Assembly: GCA_963839885.1 (NCBI GenBank)
Contig: CAWIWZ010000007.1
Coordinates: 23,437-87,436, forward strand
Origin: an uncultured Gammaproteobacteria bacterium
GTDB lineage: Bacteria > Pseudomonadota > Gammaproteobacteria > Steroidobacterales > Steroidobacteraceae
DNA length: 64,000 bases
Direction of reading: 5' to 3'
Position numbers and translations under genes: made by a program. Below, piece after piece: positions 50,069 through 59,799 of this stretch (the first letter of the stretch is position 1; every line of letters starts with the position of its first letter). The notes below the pieces were generated by a model. The model was not told where the DNA came from, ran no database searches, and saw only the letters and a list, made by a program, of their open reading frames with translations.

Positions 50069-51266
50069 ATGGATTTCACGCTCGAGCCGGCGAAACAGCT
50101 CATCGTCAACCGGTTTCGCGAATACGTGGATCGCGAGCTGATTCCGCTCGAGCCGGATTTTCTCGCGCACGGATTTCAGGCGATGCTGCCAGCCCTGCGC
50201 GACAAGCGTGCGGACGTGCGCCGGCAGGGCCTGTGGGGACCGATTTACCCGCGCGAGCACGGTGGCCTCGGCCTCGACCTGCTGACACACGGCCTGATCT
50301 CTGAAGCGCTCGGGCGCTGCCCGTTCGCGCACTATGTGTTCGGCTGCAATGCGCCCGATGCCGGCAATGTCGAGCTGCTGCACGAGTTCGCGACGCCGGC
50401 GCAGAAAAAACGGTGGCTCGTTCCGCTCGTGGCCGGCAGTCTGCGCAGTTGTTTCGGCATGACCGAACCCGGCAACAGCGGCGCCAATCCGCTGATGCTC
50501 GAAACCCGCGCCGCAGCGGGCGGCGACGGCTGGATCCTGGATGGCCGCAAATGGTTCACGACCGGCGCCGATGGAGCAGCCTTCTGCATCGTCATGGCGA
50601 TCACCGATCCGGCGGCACCGCCGCACGGCCGTGCGAGCCTGTTTATCGTCCCGAGCGATGCTCCCGGATACCGGCTGGTGCGCAACACGCCGGTGATGGG
50701 CGATGCGGGCGCGCGACCTGTTCTCGCATGGCGAGATCGCATTCGAGAACTGTCGGCTCGGCGACGACGCGCTGCTCGGCGCCCGGGGGGAGGGATTCCG
50801 GCTGGCGCAATCGCGGCTCGGGCCCGGGCGTATCCACCATTGCATGCGCTGGATCGGCATCTGCGAGCGCGCCCAGTCGATGATGATCGAGCGCGCCGCG
50901 ACGCGCGTGATCGGGCCGGAAGACCGCCGGCTCGGCGACAGCGACATCGTGCGCGCCTGGATCGCCGAGAGCGCGGCCGAGATCCGCGCGGCGCGCCTGC
51001 TGGTGCTGCACACAGCCTGGCGTATCGGCCAGGTCGGAGCGAAGGCGGCGCGCGACGACATCGCGATGATCAAGTTTCATGTCGCGGGCGTCCTGCAGCG
51101 CGTCGTCGATCGCGCGCTGCAGGTGCACGGCGGACTCGGAGTGACGGACTACACGCTCCTCGCATGGTTCTACCGCGAGGAGCGGGCGGCGCGCATTTAC
51201 GATGGCCCGGACGAAGTGCACCAGATTGCTGTCGCGAAGCACCTGCTGGGTCAGCGTCGCGAATGA
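50069..51266 (+). pseudogene. Acyl-CoA dehydrogenase (about 400 aa class). One frame break near 50700-50715.
   Basis: ORF 50069.. (GLWGPIYPREHGGLGL, CFGMTEPGNSGANP, GRKWFTTGA) continues in ORF 50703..51266 (GEGFRLAQSRLGPGRIHHCMRWIG, QVHGGLGVTDYTLLAWFYREERAARIYDGPDEVH). Confidence 0.85.
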
Positions 51267-52401
51267 GTCTGCTGGACGAGGCGGCGCCGGTCCGCGACGG
51301 CGAAATGCCGGATGCCGGCCGCCTGGGGAATATCTTGCGAGGCAATTGCCAGGACTCGTGCTGCCGTTGGCCGTCCGCCAGTTTCCTTCCGGATTTTCGA
51401 ATCTGACCTACCTGTTGACGGCCGGCGATCGCGAACTGGTGCTGCGCCGGCCGCCGGCAGGCACGCGGCCGAAATCGGGTCATGACATGGGCCGCGAGTT
51501 TCGGGTGCTCGCCGCGCTCCAGGGCGTATTTGCGGAGAGTCCGCGGCCATTGCACCTGTGCACCGACGATTCCGTGCTCGGCATTCCTTTCTATGTCGTC
51601 GAGCGCATCCGCGGCATCATCCTGCGCCGCGACTATCCCGCTGAACTCGAGCCGACGCCCGCGCTCGTTCGCGCCCAGCAGTGCGCGCTGATCGACACGC
51701 TCGCGCGCCTGCACGGCGTGGATTATCGCGCGCAGGGGCTCGGCGAGTTCGGCCGGCCCGATGGATATGCCGCACGCCAGGTCGACGGCTGGCGCGGGCG
51801 GTATGCCCGCGCGTCGACCGGCGATGCGGCGCGCGCGGACACGCTGACCGAATGGCTGGCGGCAAACGTGCCCGCCGACGTCGCGCCGCCTGCATTGATC
51901 CACAATGATTTCAAGCTCGACAACGTCGTCTTCGACGCGGCCGATCCCCGACAGCTGATCGGCGTTCTCGACTGGGAAATGGCGACCATCGGCGATCCCT
52001 GGATGGACCTGGGCTGCTCGCTCGCCTACTGGATCGAAGCGAGCGATCCGCCGGAAATGCTGGCGACCCGCATGCTGCCGACCCATTTGCCGGGCTCGCT
52101 GACCCGCGCAGAGGTGCTCGAGCGATATGCGTCGGCGCGCGGCGTGTCCGCTCCGGAGTTCCGCTTCTACCGTGTGTTCGGGCTGTTCCGCCTCGCCGTC
52201 ATCGTGCAACAGATCTATTACCGATTCTTCCATGGACAGACCCGCGACGCGCGCTTTGCCGCGCTCGGTCCGATGGCGGAGGTCTTATATCGCGGGCCGG
52301 CGTGGAGATCCGGGCATAAGCCCGCTCTGCCGTCGTTCAGCCGCCATTCAGCGCCGTCGCCGGATGCTATGGCCGCTGATTTGCAGAGTCCCCCGGCGTG
52401 A
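51263..52401 (+). pseudogene. Phosphotransferase (APH/choline-kinase fold) family protein. One frame break at a G-run near 51322-51328.
   Basis: ATG 51263 overlaps the upstream stop (ATGA). MSLLDEAAPVRDGEMPDAGRLG, then shifted EYLARQLPGLVLPLAVRQFPSGFSNLTYLL, VLRRPP, FYVVERIRG, LIHNDFKLDNVVF, VLDWEMATIGDPWMDL. Confidence 0.8.
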
Positions 52402-52437
52402 CGTATAGATACGCGTGGATGTGAGGAGCGATTCGTA

Positions 52438-52680
52438 ATGGCGAACATCAAGACCTGTCGGCTGGGTTTGTTCCTGACTGCCCTGGCGCTGACCGGAACT
52501 GCGCTCGCCGATGACATCCGCCCCGATGCAGAAGCGCGGCCCTTCGCCGATGAGAAATGCATCGAACAGTGCGACGCCGAATCGGACAAGTGCATGCAAG
52601 ATTCGCTGGGCGATCCCGACAAGCTGCAGGCCTGCGACGAAAAGTACAGCGCCTGCCTGCAGGCCTGCGAGGGCGGCTGA
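52438..52680 (+). CDS. Small secreted Cys-rich hypothetical protein.
   Basis: 80 aa. Signal peptide MANIKTCRLGLFLTALALTGTALA, mature part with 6 Cys (CIEQCDAESDKCMQD...ACDEKYSACLQACEG). GAGGAG RBS. Weak hairpin after the stop. Confidence 0.45.
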   Translation: MANIKTCRLGLFLTALALTGTALADDIRPDAEARPFADEKCIEQCDAESDKCMQDSLGDPDKLQACDEKYSACLQACEGG

Positions 52681-52822
52681 GGCCTTTTCGGGCCTTTGCA
52701 GGGGTCTGTCGCCTCCCTGGCGGCCAGACGGTTGATTAAACCGGCTTTTCGTATATATTGCGCAGCCCGACGCGTGTCGGGTTTGGCATGGATATCATTG
52801 ATTTCTCTAGGAATTCCCTGGA

Positions 52823-53044
52823 ATGAAAGAGCGCAATGAGGAATCCTTCGACCTCGAGGACGAGTTTCTCGGGGAAACGCCAGAGCAGGATGGCGACCTC
52901 GACAAGCTGATCGTTGTCGAGCGCCGGCCCGAAGGGCCGCGCCGGCCGACCCAGCAATCGGCCTGGAGCAAGGTCGAAGACGTGCTCGCCGAGAAGCGGC
53001 TACAGCGCGAACTCGCCGAATTCAACGACGTCGACGAAGCTTGA
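52823..53044 (+). CDS. Small acidic hypothetical protein.
   Basis: 73-aa ORF, strongly acidic (EESFDLEDEFLGETPEQDGDLD ... EKRLQRELAEFNDVDEA). It abuts or overlaps the next gene's start. Coding status is not proven. Confidence 0.35.
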   Translation: MKERNEESFDLEDEFLGETPEQDGDLDKLIVVERRPEGPRRPTQQSAWSKVEDVLAEKRLQRELAEFNDVDEA

Positions 53045-54197
53045 TTCCGGCGCAACGCCCGGCGCCTCCCTGGTGGCGCACCCGCCGCGATGCGTTACTC
53101 GCCCTGCTCGGTGATCGTGACTGCGCCTATGTCTACGACCTGGAAGTCGTCGCGATGCAGGCCCGTGCAATGCTCGCGATGCCATCGGTCGCCCGCGTGT
53201 TCTATGCGCTCAAGGCCAATCCGAATCCGGGGATTCTGCGCACGATTGCGGCGTCGGGACTCGGGTTCGAATGCGTTTCCCGCGCGGAGGTCGAACAGGT
53301 CCTTGGGTCCGTTCCTGGCATTGCCTTGGAACGGCTGCTCTTCACGCCCAATTTCGCGCCGAGGAGCGAGTACCGTTGGGCACTGGAACAGGGGCTGCGA
53401 GTCACGGTCGACAACCTCTATGTACTGCGAGCCTGGCGCGATCAGTTTCGCGGCCGCGAAATCCTGCTGCGGCTCGACACCGGGCACGCCCATGGGCATC
53501 ACGACAAGGTTCGCACGGCCGGCGCGCATTCCAAGTTCGGCGTGCCGCCGGCGGAATTCCCTGAATTGAAAGAAGCGGTCGCGGCCGCAGGCGCGACCGT
53601 CGTCGGCCTGCATGCGCACGGCGGCAGCGGCAGTTTTGCATTCGACGTCTGGCTGGAATCCGCGAACGTGCTGGCGGCGACGGCCGCGGACTTCCCGGCG
53701 TACGGGTGCTCAACCTCGGCGGAGGCCTCGGCGTGCCGGAGCAATCGGAGCAGGCGCCGATCGATCTCGCCGGATTCGATGCCGCGCTCGCTGGAATCCG
53801 CATCCGTCATCCGGTATTCGAACTCTGGCTCGAGCCGGGCCGTTTTCTCGTCGCGGCCGCCGGCGTGCTGCTCGCGCGCGTGACCCAGACCAAGGGCAAG
53901 GGGCCGATCCGCTATGTGGGCGTGGCGACCGGCATGAACTCGCTGATCCGGCCCGCCCTCTATGGCGCACGGCACGAGATCGTCAACCTGAGCCGGCTCG
54001 ACGAACCGGCTACACAGCGGTGCACAGTGGTCGGCCCGATCTGCGAGAGCGGCGACGTGCTGGGGGCGGACCGGCTGCTGCCGCGCTGCGACGAAGGCGA
54101 CGTGATGTTGATCGCGGATGCCGGTGCCTACGGTCATGCGATGGGTTCGAATTACAATCTCCGTCGGCCCGCCCCGGAATTGCTGATGCCGGCCTGA
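53041..54197 (+). pseudogene. lysA: Diaminopimelate decarboxylase-like PLP enzyme (Orn/DAP/Arg decarboxylase fold). One frame break near 53695-53705.
   Basis: ORF 53041.. (VFYALKANPNPGIL, GFECVSRAE, HSKFGV, GLHAHGGSG) continues in ORF 53706..54197 (LNLGGGLGVP, EPGRFLVAAAGVLL, GMNSLIRPALYGARHEI, VVGPICESGDVL, AGAYGHAMGSNYN). Substrate assignment is tentative. Confidence 0.65.
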
Positions 54198-54266
54198 CGC
54201 AGCTTCTTCGGCCTTCGACCCGATTTCCGAGTCCCGGGCGTTGGTAAGGCTGACAGGAGGTGTGCC

Positions 54267-54893
54267 ATGCCACATGCCTATGCGGCCCGTGGATCCCGCC
54301 AGATGGCCGTCTTCACGGCCATCGTCGGATTCCACTGCGCCCTGTTTCTGGTCATCACAATGGGGCTGATGCCACGCGGGTTCGAACCGGTGCCGGAGCC
54401 GATTCCAGTCACGCCGCTACCGCCCGAAAGCAAGCCGAAACCGGTACTTGTCAACCCGGGCGACCGTCTCGAGGAATGGACCGTCGATGTCTTGGTTGAA
54501 CAACCCGACGTCCGGTTACCGGTATTCGACGAAGCGGCCGCGACGCCCGAAGAGGCGCCTCGTGATGCTGGCAATTCCGAGACGACGCCGCCCTCCGGTG
54601 AATATGTTGCGCCGCGCCTGCGTACCCGCTCCGGGAGCTTGGCCGCGCTGATCGACACCTGCTATCCGGCCGCGTCGCGCCGCATCAACGAAGAGGGCAG
54701 AGTCATTGCCCAAGTTTTGATCGGCGCGCAGGGCTCGGCCCTGACGTGGAGCATCGAGCAGAGTTCCGGTTTCCCTCGGCTCGATGCCGCGGCAGCGTGC
54801 GTACTCGGAAAGCTCGAGTTCATCGCCGCTCGGCCGAAAGGGCAGGCAGTCGCAGCCGAGGCGAGGCTGCCCATCGTGTTCCACCTGGACTGA
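54267..54893 (+). CDS. tonB: TonB-family energy transducer (paralogue 1).
   Basis: N-terminal anchor AVFTAIVGFHCALFLVITMGL, Pro-rich linker (EPVPEPIPVTPLPPESKPKP), TonB C-terminal domain (YPAASRRINEEGRVIAQVLIGAQG, SSGFPRLDAAA, LPIVFHL). Confidence 0.75.
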   Translation: MPHAYAARGSRQMAVFTAIVGFHCALFLVITMGLMPRGFEPVPEPIPVTPLPPESKPKPVLVNPGDRLEEWTVDVLVEQPDVRLPVFDEAAATPEEAPRDAGNSETTPPSGEYVAPRLRTRSGSLAALIDTCYPAASRRINEEGRVIAQVLIGAQGSALTWSIEQSSGFPRLDAAAACVLGKLEFIAARPKGQAVAAEARLPIVFHLD

Positions 54894-55108
54894 CGGTGTT
54901 CCCGGCAGACCGGCCTTTGCTATGCTGATATGTCGCCGTGTGCACGGCGGGCCGGTCGCCGCTTGCAGTGGAAACGGCCAACCGCTAAGGTGGCCAAAGC
55001 CGGTATCGGGGCGCGCCGGTGAGCGCGACGACAAATAAATTGGCGGGGCCGCAGCGCAAAAAATGCGCATGCGACCGGCACGAATAGAGGGGTTGAGAAA
55101 GGTCCGGT

Positions 55109-55738
55109 ATGGCGAACGTCTATTCGGCGGGGGGCTCACGCACGGCGGCCGTTTTCGTCGCCATCATCGTGCTGCACATCGGTTTCTTCTGGGCACTCAA
55201 GCAAGGTCTCGTTCGCTCCGGCATGCAGCTCATCGAGGATTTCTCGATCATGGATCTGCCGCCGCCACCGCCACCACCTGAAGATCTCGAGGAACCACCA
55301 CCGCCACCGCCGGTCGATGTGCCGCCGCCGGTCGTGCCGCCGCCGCTGATCGATCTGCCGACATTTGAGGGGCCGAGCACCGCCATCACCGCTCGCGTCG
55401 AAGAAAAGCCCCCTCGTACCCAGCCCCAGGCGCCGCGGCAATCACAACTCACGCCGGCGCGGATCAAGGCGCGCAGCGACCGCATCGCGGCCGCCATCAA
55501 TGCCTGCTATCCATCGGCCTCGCGGCGCCTCAGCGAAGAAGGGCGCGTGATGCTGACGATCACGATCGACGCCGCCGGCAAGGTCGGTGCGATGTCGGTC
55601 AGCCAGGGCAGCGGATTTGCACGGCTGGATGGTGCCGCGGAATGCGTGATCCGACGGTTGCCGTTCGAGCCGGGCAAGCGGGATGGCCAGCCGGTCGAGT
55701 CGCAGGCGACACTGCCCATCGTTTTCAAGCTGGAGTGA
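55109..55738 (+). CDS. tonB: TonB-family energy transducer (paralogue 2).
   Basis: Anchor AAVFVAIIVLHIGFFWAL, linker LPPPPPPPEDLEEPPPPPPVDVPPPVVPPP, C-terminal domain YPSASRRLSEEGRVMLTITIDAAGKV, GSGFARLDGAA, LPIVFKLE. Confidence 0.8.
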   Translation: MANVYSAGGSRTAAVFVAIIVLHIGFFWALKQGLVRSGMQLIEDFSIMDLPPPPPPPEDLEEPPPPPPVDVPPPVVPPPLIDLPTFEGPSTAITARVEEKPPRTQPQAPRQSQLTPARIKARSDRIAAAINACYPSASRRLSEEGRVMLTITIDAAGKVGAMSVSQGSGFARLDGAAECVIRRLPFEPGKRDGQPVESQATLPIVFKLE

Positions 55739-55829
55739 CGCAGCAAGAATCGTCAGGGACCGGGAGACGCATGGCCGCGACAAGCGACAACGATTTCCGG
55801 AGAATAATTTCTGTTAAAGGAACTGCAGC

Positions 55830-56533
55830 ATGGCAGCTGAAACCGGTGTGACCGATAACCCGTACGGCATTACGGCGCTCTGGACGCAGAGCGACTATGT
55901 CGGCAAGGGCGTGTTCGTGATCCTCATCGTTATGTCGCTCTGGTCATGGCTCGTCATGATCAACAAGTGGCTGGACCAGCGCTCGCTCCGGCGCGCGGCG
56001 GTGGAAGCCGAGAAGAATTTCTGGACGGCCGGATCGATCCAGGAAGGCATGGCCAACTGAAGGGCAAGGCGAATCCGTTCCGGGACATCGCGCAGGACGG
56101 CCTGCACGCGGTTGAGCACCATCGCAAGAGCACGGCGCGCGATGTCACCAGCGGCATCGAGCTGTCGGACTGGGTAACCAGCCACATCGACAGGCGCACC
56201 AGCATGCTGCAGTCCAGTCTGCAGAGCGGCATGGTCGTTCTCGCGTCGGTCGGTGCGACGTCGCCGTTCGTCGGGCTGTTCGGCACGGTGTGGGGCATCT
56301 ACCACGCGCTGATCAGCATCTCGATCGCGGGCCAGGCATCCCTCGACAAGGTCGCCGGTCCCATCGGCGAGGCGCTGATCATGACCGCAATGGGTCTTGC
56401 GGTCGCGGTTCCGGCAGTGCTCGGATTCAACGGCCTGTTGCGCGGCAATAAGGCGCTGATGGAGCGTGCCAATTATTTCGCGCATGACGTCGAGGCCGCG
56501 CTGCTCGCCGGCTCGCGCGTCTCCGGGAAATAG
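55830..56533 (+). pseudogene. exbB: MotA/TolQ/ExbB proton-channel protein. One frame break near 56050-56060.
   Basis: ORF 55830.. (GVFVILIVMSLWSWLVMINKWL) stops at 56060. It continues in the ORF 55946..56533 frame (LASVGATSPFVGLFGTVWGIYHAL, GPIGEALIMTAMGLAVAVPAVLGFN). Confidence 0.85.
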
Positions 56534-56536
56534 TCG

Positions 56537-56953
56537 ATGGCCATTGCCGTTGGCAAGGACGAAGGCGACCCGATGGTCGAGCCCAACGTGATTCCACTGG
56601 TGGACATCATGCTGGTGCTGCTGATCATCATGATCATCACCGTTCCGGTGATGACGCAGGCAGTCAAGATCGACCTGCCAAAGGAAATAAACCGGCCGAC
56701 CGACACCAAGCCGGAGAACATCAATCTCTCGATCGATTTCGACGGGTCGATCTACTGGAACGAGAACGGCGTCAGCCGCAATGACCTGCTGAACTACGTG
56801 CTGCAGGAAGCGGTCAAGGATCCGCAGCCGGAAGTGCACATCCGGGCCGACAGGCGCGCCCGGTACGAGCACGTATCCGATACGCTGGCGATCCTGCAGC
56901 GCGGCGGCATGCGCAAAGTGGGCTTCATCGCGGAGCCGCCACCCAACCAGTAA
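56537..56953 (+). CDS. exbD: ExbD/TolR biopolymer transport protein.
   Basis: Intact: PNVIPLVDIMLVLLIIMIITVP, VHIRADRRARYEHVSDTLAILQRGGMRKVGF. Confidence 0.88.
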   Translation: MAIAVGKDEGDPMVEPNVIPLVDIMLVLLIIMIITVPVMTQAVKIDLPKEINRPTDTKPENINLSIDFDGSIYWNENGVSRNDLLNYVLQEAVKDPQPEVHIRADRRARYEHVSDTLAILQRGGMRKVGFIAEPPPNQ

Positions 56954-56985
56954 CGGAACGACGGGCTTGGCTCAATCGACTGTAG

Positions 56986-57012
56986 AGGCCCGCTACGGCG
57001 GGCCTGTCTTTT
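56986..57012 (+). terminator. Rho-independent terminator after exbD.
   Basis: AGGCCCGC-tacg-GCGGGCCT followed by GTCTTTT. Confidence 0.6.
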
Positions 57013-57190
57013 GGCACGATAGGGATCTGAACCACGGCTGAACTGTGCGATATATTTTTGCGGCAGGAACCCGAGCCCGGCCGGGCAGTCAATCAGATCA
57101 AGGACCTGGCGAGACAGCCGGGCGGGTTTTGCGGTATAAACCCGCCCCACGCAAACAAGTCGGCCGGAGCCGTTGTTGAGAGGAAGGGAA

Positions 57191-58517
57191 ATGACTGGAC
57201 GTAAGACGTGGTCAAGTCGATGGGTGGCGATGGGCCTCGCGCTCATGGTCGTTGCGGCCGTGCCGGCAATGGCGCTTGCCCAGGACAAGAAAAAGAACGA
57301 AGAGGCCGCCGCGACGGAAAAGGGGCCGCAGCCCGAGTACAGCAAGGAATTCCGCAAGCTGGCTTCGAAGGGGCAGGACCTGGTCAACGAGAAAAAGTGG
57401 ACGGAGCTGCTGGCCATCCTGCCGGAAATCGAGGCGCTGCCGTCCCTCAGTCGAGACGAAAAGAAGGTGCTCGCGACCTGGCGGTTGCAGGCCGCGCAGG
57501 GCATGGGTGACAACGAAGCCCTTGCCTCGGCGATCGAGGTGTACCTGAAGGAAGACTTCGCGGTGCCGGATCAAATCGGCGTCATGCACCGCCAGCTCGC
57601 CGCGCACTACAGCGACAAGAAGGACAACGAAAAGACGCTGTACCACTTCCGTCAGTCGGTGGATGCGACGCCGGATGCCGGACCCGAAGAGTTCGAAAAC
57701 CTGGGACGCTGTACCTGCAGGGCAGCAACTACGCGGAAGCCCAGGCCTGGCTTGGCAAGGCGATCGACGTCACCGTCAGCAAGGGACAGAACCGAAGGAA
57801 TCCTGGTTCCAGCTGCGCGACGAAGCATTCTGTGGAGACCAAGGACAATGCGGGGCGGCTCGCCAATCTCGAATCGCTGGTCGGGTACTACCCGAACAAG
57901 GACTACTACACCGGATCGTAGCGCTCTATCAGAACGAATCGAAGGATGACCGCGTCGTTATGTTGAACGCCTACCGGCTCGCGGTCACTGATCCGCAGGG
58001 CGGGCTGGCGACGGTTCGGCGGATACCTGGATTACGCGGATACTGCGACTCGTTGCCGGCAGCCCGGGCGAAGCGCAGCGCGCGCTCGAGCGCGGCATGA
58101 AGGAAGGGATCGTGCCGAACGCCGGCACGAACCAGCAGATCCTGCAGGAAACGAAGATCCGCGGTGGCGGCTGACAAGAAATCGCTGCCGTCGGAAGCGG
58201 CGGCGCGGAAAAGAATCCGAAGGGCGAGGTGGGAGTCAAGGTGGGCCTCGGATTACTACAGCACCGGCGACTACGAACAGGCCGTTGCGGCGACGCGGAA
58301 AGGCATCGCCAAGGGTGGCGTGGCGCGTCTCGACGATGCCAACCTGTTGCTCGGCGCCGCGCTGATGGAGCTTGGCCGGTCCGACGAAGCGCGCGCGGCA
58401 TTTGATGCAGCGGCCGCGGCGGCGCCGCCGGGCAGTCCGACGGCGCGGATTGCAAAATTGTGGCTGGCGCGTGTCGCGCGGCCCGCGGCGCGCGCGGCAC
58501 CCGCGACCGGTGGTCTG
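57191..58517 (+). pseudogene. Secreted TPR-repeat protein (paralogue A), with at least 5 frame breaks or stops. The 3' end is approximate.
   Basis: Signal MTGRKTWSSRWVAMGLALMVVAAVPAMALA. Fragments in all frames: LYLQGSNYAEAQAWLGKAI, LANLESLVGYYPNKDYY, IVALYQNESKDDRVVMLNAYRLAV, ALERGMKEGIVPNAGTNQQILQE, YYSTGDYEQAVAATRKGIAKGGVARLDDANLLLGAALMELGRSDEARAAF. Confidence 0.6.
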
Positions 58518-58533
58518 ATCAGGAGAAAAACGA

Positions 58534-59780
58534 TGAAGACGACGACGGGGAAATTCCGTGCCAGCGTGCTCGGCGGCCCTGATGGCGCTACTGCTCGCGG
58601 GCGTGGCCGCGCTGACCGTATCGACGGAGGCGATCGCGCAGGCGGCGCAAGGCGGCTGGCGCAAGGAAGTAGCCGACAAGGTCCAGGCCGCCCAGACCGC
58701 CGGGAAGAAGCGGTAACTTTCCGAGGCGATCCGCCTGCTGAAGGAAGCCAAGGCGAAGGCCCCGTTGTCGCCGCAGGAAGAGCAGGGCGTGAATGAGCTC
58801 ATGATCTGGGCCGCGAGCAGCGCCAAGGACTATCGCCTGGTCATCCAGACGGTGGACGAGCGCATCGCGACCGGCCGTGTCAGCGGCGCCGACCTGCAGC
58901 GCAAGCTGCGGCTCAAGGCGACGACGCATTACAGCCTGCGCGAATACCGCGAGGCTGCGGCGACGCTCGACAAACTGGCCGCGGCGGGCGGACTCAACAC
59001 CGACGACCTGATTCTGCTCGGTAATAGCCAAGTCGCGCTCAAGAGCTACGGTCCCGCCGCGGCGACGCTCGAGAAAGCGCTGGCAGCCGCCGAGAAGGCG
59101 AAGAAGCCTGCCGCGGTCACGTCGAAGCTCCTGCTCGGACTGCACAGAGGCTTACGACAAGACCGGCAACGCCGCCAAGAAAATGCAGACGCTGCATCGC
59201 CTGATCGTGGCCGCGCCGAGCGAAGGATCTTCAAATGGGTCGCGAGCGCCTACGAGGTGCAGAGCCAACCGGGATCCGGTTGTGATGATCAACATCTACG
59301 CTGGGCGCGGCACGGAGTCTGTTGTCGCCGGAGCATTACGCGAAGTACGCGGAAACCGCACTCGACGTCGAGGCCCGGCGAAGCGGTCGCGATGCTGGAG
59401 AAGGGCATGGCAAACGGCGCGATCAAGAAAGACGATCGCAACAACCGCCTGCTGACCGATGCCAAGGGCCAGGTCGAGCGTGTCAAGGCAGGCTGCCGCA
59501 GCAGGAAGTCGAGGCCCGCGCGATTCAGACCGGCGAGCCGGAAGCCAAGGTCGCGATCGGCTACTTCACGCTGAAGAACTACGCCAAGGCGTCCGAAGCC
59601 GCAAAGCGCGGCATCGACAAAGGCAAGCTGCGCCGCGAAGACGACCTGGCCATGCTGCTCGGTGTCGCGCTCGTCGAAAGCAAGAAATCTGCCGAAGCGC
59701 GGAATGCCTTCAAGGCGGCCGGCGCCAAGAACCCGAAGATCCGCGGTGTCGCGGACCTCTGGTCCAGCATGGCGGGTTGA
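58534..59780 (+). pseudogene. Secreted TPR-repeat protein (paralogue B), with several frame breaks and one in-frame TAA.
   Basis: AGGAG RBS, then MKTTTGKFRASVLG and a shifted signal ALMALLLAGVAALTV. LSEAIRLLKEAKAKAPLSPQEEQGVNELMIWAASSAKDY. The C-terminus GYFTLKNYAKASEAAKRGIDKGKLRREDDLAMLLGVALVESKKSAEARNAFKAAG parallels paralogue A. Confidence 0.6.
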
Positions 59781-59799
59781 TGACCGTATAATTGGCGGG

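Noticed and set aside
49222-50109. N-terminal 296-codon extension of the large acyl-CoA dehydrogenase ORF (47431..50109).
   Set aside because: The extension is antisense to a well-supported SDR gene and has no ACAD similarity. The conserved protein starts at MLIPRRDL (49221).
54894-55108. Fur box or other iron-responsive operator in the tonB-tonB spacer and upstream of the first tonB.
   Set aside because: Only a short AT-rich patch (GACAAATAAATTGG) and a small hairpin (GCGCAaaaaaTGCGC). Nothing approaches the 19-bp Fur consensus.
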